From: Candidatus Taylorbacteria bacterium RIFCSPHIGHO2_01_FULL_51_15
GTDB taxonomy: Bacteria; Patescibacteriota; Minisyncoccia; Phycocordibacterales; UBA10002
Direction: 5' to 3'
DNA: 51,339 nucleotides
Assembly: GCA_001820935.1 (NCBI GenBank)
Contig: MHRI01000011.1
Location: forward strand, 2,718 to 54,056
Shown here: positions 48,506 through 51,339 of the stretch, piece after piece
Numbering within the stretch: position 1 is the first letter of the stretch
Layout: each line of letters opens with the position of its first letter
Made by a program: the position numbers and the translations under genes
Notes under the pieces: model-generated
Seen by the model: the letters and a program-made list of their open reading frames with translations, nothing else
What the model was told of the DNA's origin: nothing
The model's database searches: none

Positions 48506-49756
48506 ATGCCGTACGAAACACCTCCAACTGTCGCAGAAACGGTAGTCGAGCGACTCAAACGACAAGCTGCCGAAGTGGAGAAGAAAATAGTCGAGATCGA
48601 TGAAACGATCGATGAGCGAATCGAGCTCATGTACAAATCGGGCGAGCTTGAGCGACCGGAGAAACCGACTGCCGCGGACCAGCTGGGATGGGAATCTCCG
48701 GGCCATCGCACGGCACTTCGTAACATGCGTAATACTGACATGATTCGGGTATGGTATCAGTACACACCTGAAATATTCGAGCAGGAGTTACTCACGGAAA
48801 CCATTATGCAAGGCGTTTGGGTGGATGTGCGTAAAAGTGAGAAATTTGATTCCGGCTTCAAGGACAGGATGCGCGTAAAAAAACGTCAGTACGTACGATA
48901 CAGCGGTGACCTTACTCTTGGATTCCACCCTAACGTGACAAAACGGCTAAATGAAACGCATGGGCACGCACTAGATGAGCTTCGCAAACTGGCTAATAAG
49001 CGCATGCAGGAGCTCGGTCCGACGGGGAAAAATGAAAAGGGAGAAGAGATACGGAGCTATTTCGATGTGTTCGCCGAAGATTTCATATACGATGAAAAGA
49101 AGCGCAATATAAGTGAAGAGTATCGAAAACTCATTGAAGAGCATAATGCGATGGTACCGGAGGAGGAGAGGATTTCGGACGCAGTCACCCCAAAAGAGCG
49201 CGCGACATTGTACTATGGCGCTGGTCAGGCTATGTGGGATGCCGTATCGCAGAATCTTGCGGATAATGAATTCACGCTCATGCCCGGTTCACTTCGAGAG
49301 CTCTACGTCGTCATGCGAAATATGGATGAAAACAAACTTCAGAATTACCGTGATCGCGACCTTGACGTTAAGATACCCATGGTGGAGTTCTTCATAGAGC
49401 AATTTAAGGATGAGGTGCTCGGTGTGCGCGAAGCGACCAAGAACAACCTCGAACTCTTTACTTGGTTTGTCAACAAACAAGGCCAAAGTTTCATCCCATT
49501 TAACGCCTTACGCGAAGATTTGAAAGACTGGTGGGAAATTATCAAGTCGCTCCTTGGTCGACCCAAAGATTCTCGAGTACAACCATCTATATATCCGTAT
49601 TTACAAGATGATAGGTCGGGGGGGAACAATTCGAAGGTCATGCAGAAGCTCAATGAATTCCGAGCCGAGCGGGGACTTTCGCGTTGGACTGTGGATGAAA
49701 CGCCATTCGCGCGTATCGGGTTTACCACCGGGTTTGCAAAACAGCAAAAAAAGTGA
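48506..49756 (+). CDS. Hypothetical charged alpha-helical protein
   Basis: 416-aa ORF, no recognised motif. Confidence 0.8.
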   Translation: MPYETPPTVAETVVERLKRQAAEVEKKIVEIDETIDERIELMYKSGELERPEKPTAADQLGWESPGHRTALRNMRNTDMIRVWYQYTPEIFEQELLTETIMQGVWVDVRKSEKFDSGFKDRMRVKKRQYVRYSGDLTLGFHPNVTKRLNETHGHALDELRKLANKRMQELGPTGKNEKGEEIRSYFDVFAEDFIYDEKKRNISEEYRKLIEEHNAMVPEEERISDAVTPKERATLYYGAGQAMWDAVSQNLADNEFTLMPGSLRELYVVMRNMDENKLQNYRDRDLDVKIPMVEFFIEQFKDEVLGVREATKNNLELFTWFVNKQGQSFIPFNALREDLKDWWEIIKSLLGRPKDSRVQPSIYPYLQDDRSGGNNSKVMQKLNEFRAERGLSRWTVDETPFARIGFTTGFAKQQKK

Positions 49757-49811
49757 TGTCGTAGCGCTGTAGTAAAGGTCAACGTCAAGTGGTAGGTAAG
49801 TGAAATGAACT

Positions 49812-51290
49812 ATGGATCCTCAAGACGCAAGAATACAACTGAATATTTTCATCGACAATCTGCCCGACAGTGTTTTCATTCCGCTCCGTGATAGAAATAT
49901 TGACCCAAGTCTCGTTACGACCGACATTACCTCGGCGTATGAATTCGTTATTCGAGAAACAGGACACATTGTGGAAGGTGTGCGGCGTGTGCTGGCAGGA
50001 GAAGATTCACCAAACAACTTCGTGGCGTTCATTCAAAAAGACGAACATATAGAAGAAGATAACCGTCAGAAGATACCTGTGCTTGCATATGAAATCCAGA
50101 CAAAGGTATTCGATCCAGTACTGCCGATTTTGAAACAAGCGGGGTTCACAATAAAGGAAGGAAGGGTGCCGGAGCCGCCGAAATCGGTGGTGAAGGATGA
50201 AGTAAGAAGTGTGAATTATGGGAGGGAGACACCCCCCGCTTCCGAAGACGGAGGCGCCCCCTTTGCTAAGGGAGATATCCGACCACCTATAGATGAAAAG
50301 AATGCTCGATCCCTCCTTCGCATCGCGGCCGGCACCACATATACCGAAGGGGACCTTAGGAGCGCCTTCGAGGCATTACCGCAAGGACTCCGGCAATCAA
50401 TCTCATCGGTTGATACCGCGAACGCCATCCAGGACGTCGCCAAAAAGCATCTCTTGCATGTTGACCAGATGGCGGCACTCGCGAGCGAAACGGGGCTGGT
50501 GCTTCTTGGGCTCACGCATCCTAGGGATTTTATCCTAAATCTTGCAAGACGCCTGCGGGTGCCTGAAGAAAAGGCGCGAGAGGTCGCAAGAGACATAAGC
50601 GGGCAGATACTTTCGAAAGTCCGAGAAGCTCTCCGCGGTCTTCACGAAGACGTGAAGCCGCCGAAAGAAAATACCGAATATCGAAGTTCGAATATCGAAA
50701 AATCTCGAACCACACAACAAGAGAACACTGAACTAAACGCTAAACGCTATCCGCCAGCTGGCGGACTAAACGCTTCTCTCAAAACTCCCTATTCTGCCGG
50801 AGCAAAATGGAATGTGGGAGAAAATATCCTTGCTAAACAAGCCGAGGAAAAACTCTCTCGGGAGGAGATGCTTCATGGGATTGAAAATCCTAAATCGATA
50901 TACGAAAATACGAATTATACGAATCAACGAATGGCTACGAATAAGACGAGGGCGTCAGTAGCCGAGAAGAAAGAAGCGGTGGGACCGACGGGGTGGAAAG
51001 CGGTGCAGAATGAAGTACGAAGTATGAATTATGAAGTAGGGAAGAGCCAAATCCCATCGAAACCAGTCGTTCCCGCATCCCCCATTACCGCGCCTAGACC
51101 GTCCATGACGGCGGAAAAAGTTCGACCGCAAAGCGAGGGAGATACCCCACCTCAACCCTCACCTCTAAAGAGGGGAGGAAAGGCCGATGACGCGGCAAGC
51201 TTCTTGGAGCAGAAATTGGAACAACCCATGTCCATTCCGAGGGAGGAGAAGCGGTATACGACAGATCCGTATAGAGAGCCACTCGCGTAA
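49812..51290 (+). CDS. Conserved Parcubacteria-type hypothetical protein with repeat-filled linkers
   Basis: Two helical domains (LP..LR....; ETGLVLLGLTHPRDF..NL) and C-terminal DPYREP. Confidence 0.85.
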   Translation: MDPQDARIQLNIFIDNLPDSVFIPLRDRNIDPSLVTTDITSAYEFVIRETGHIVEGVRRVLAGEDSPNNFVAFIQKDEHIEEDNRQKIPVLAYEIQTKVFDPVLPILKQAGFTIKEGRVPEPPKSVVKDEVRSVNYGRETPPASEDGGAPFAKGDIRPPIDEKNARSLLRIAAGTTYTEGDLRSAFEALPQGLRQSISSVDTANAIQDVAKKHLLHVDQMAALASETGLVLLGLTHPRDFILNLARRLRVPEEKAREVARDISGQILSKVREALRGLHEDVKPPKENTEYRSSNIEKSRTTQQENTELNAKRYPPAGGLNASLKTPYSAGAKWNVGENILAKQAEEKLSREEMLHGIENPKSIYENTNYTNQRMATNKTRASVAEKKEAVGPTGWKAVQNEVRSMNYEVGKSQIPSKPVVPASPITAPRPSMTAEKVRPQSEGDTPPQPSPLKRGGKADDAASFLEQKLEQPMSIPREEKRYTTDPYREPLA

Positions 51291-51339
51291 GCGCGAGTGT
51301 CGAATTATGAAGTATGAATACTGAATTAAGGGAAAGAAA

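Overview
This window looks like chromosomal DNA from a Patescibacteria/CPR (Parcubacteria-like) bacterium using the standard code. The lineage is inferred from gene style and pervasive leaderless-type promoters, not from a database match. Core genes: nusA, hppA, tig, rsmE, clpP, rny, hup, mutY-like, nth, ddl, murF, yraN, cca, rpsO, NYN, pnp, dksA-like, comM, LysM-M23, pcrA and rsmA, plus four CCA-less tRNAs. A cluster of large secreted/membrane proteins at 39.7-51.3 kb resembles the CPR T4SS/VirB6-associated surface locus. The most notable unexplained structure is a dense set of small repeat elements. These include heptamer-based inverted-arm elements, one enclosing a four-helix-bundle gene while others are empty, a GIY-YIG gene boxed by its own inverted repeat, a 16-bp palindrome, a MITE and G/C-rich hairpins. 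Several are inserted in frame in MutY, Ddl, RsmA, PcrA, HppA and the final ORF. Also present: a parS cluster written into coding sequence, an unexplained TAAAGGACA motif cluster, a ~290-nt structured ncRNA candidate at 27.0-27.3 kb, and accessory single-gene units. All calls come from reading the sequence; no searches were run.
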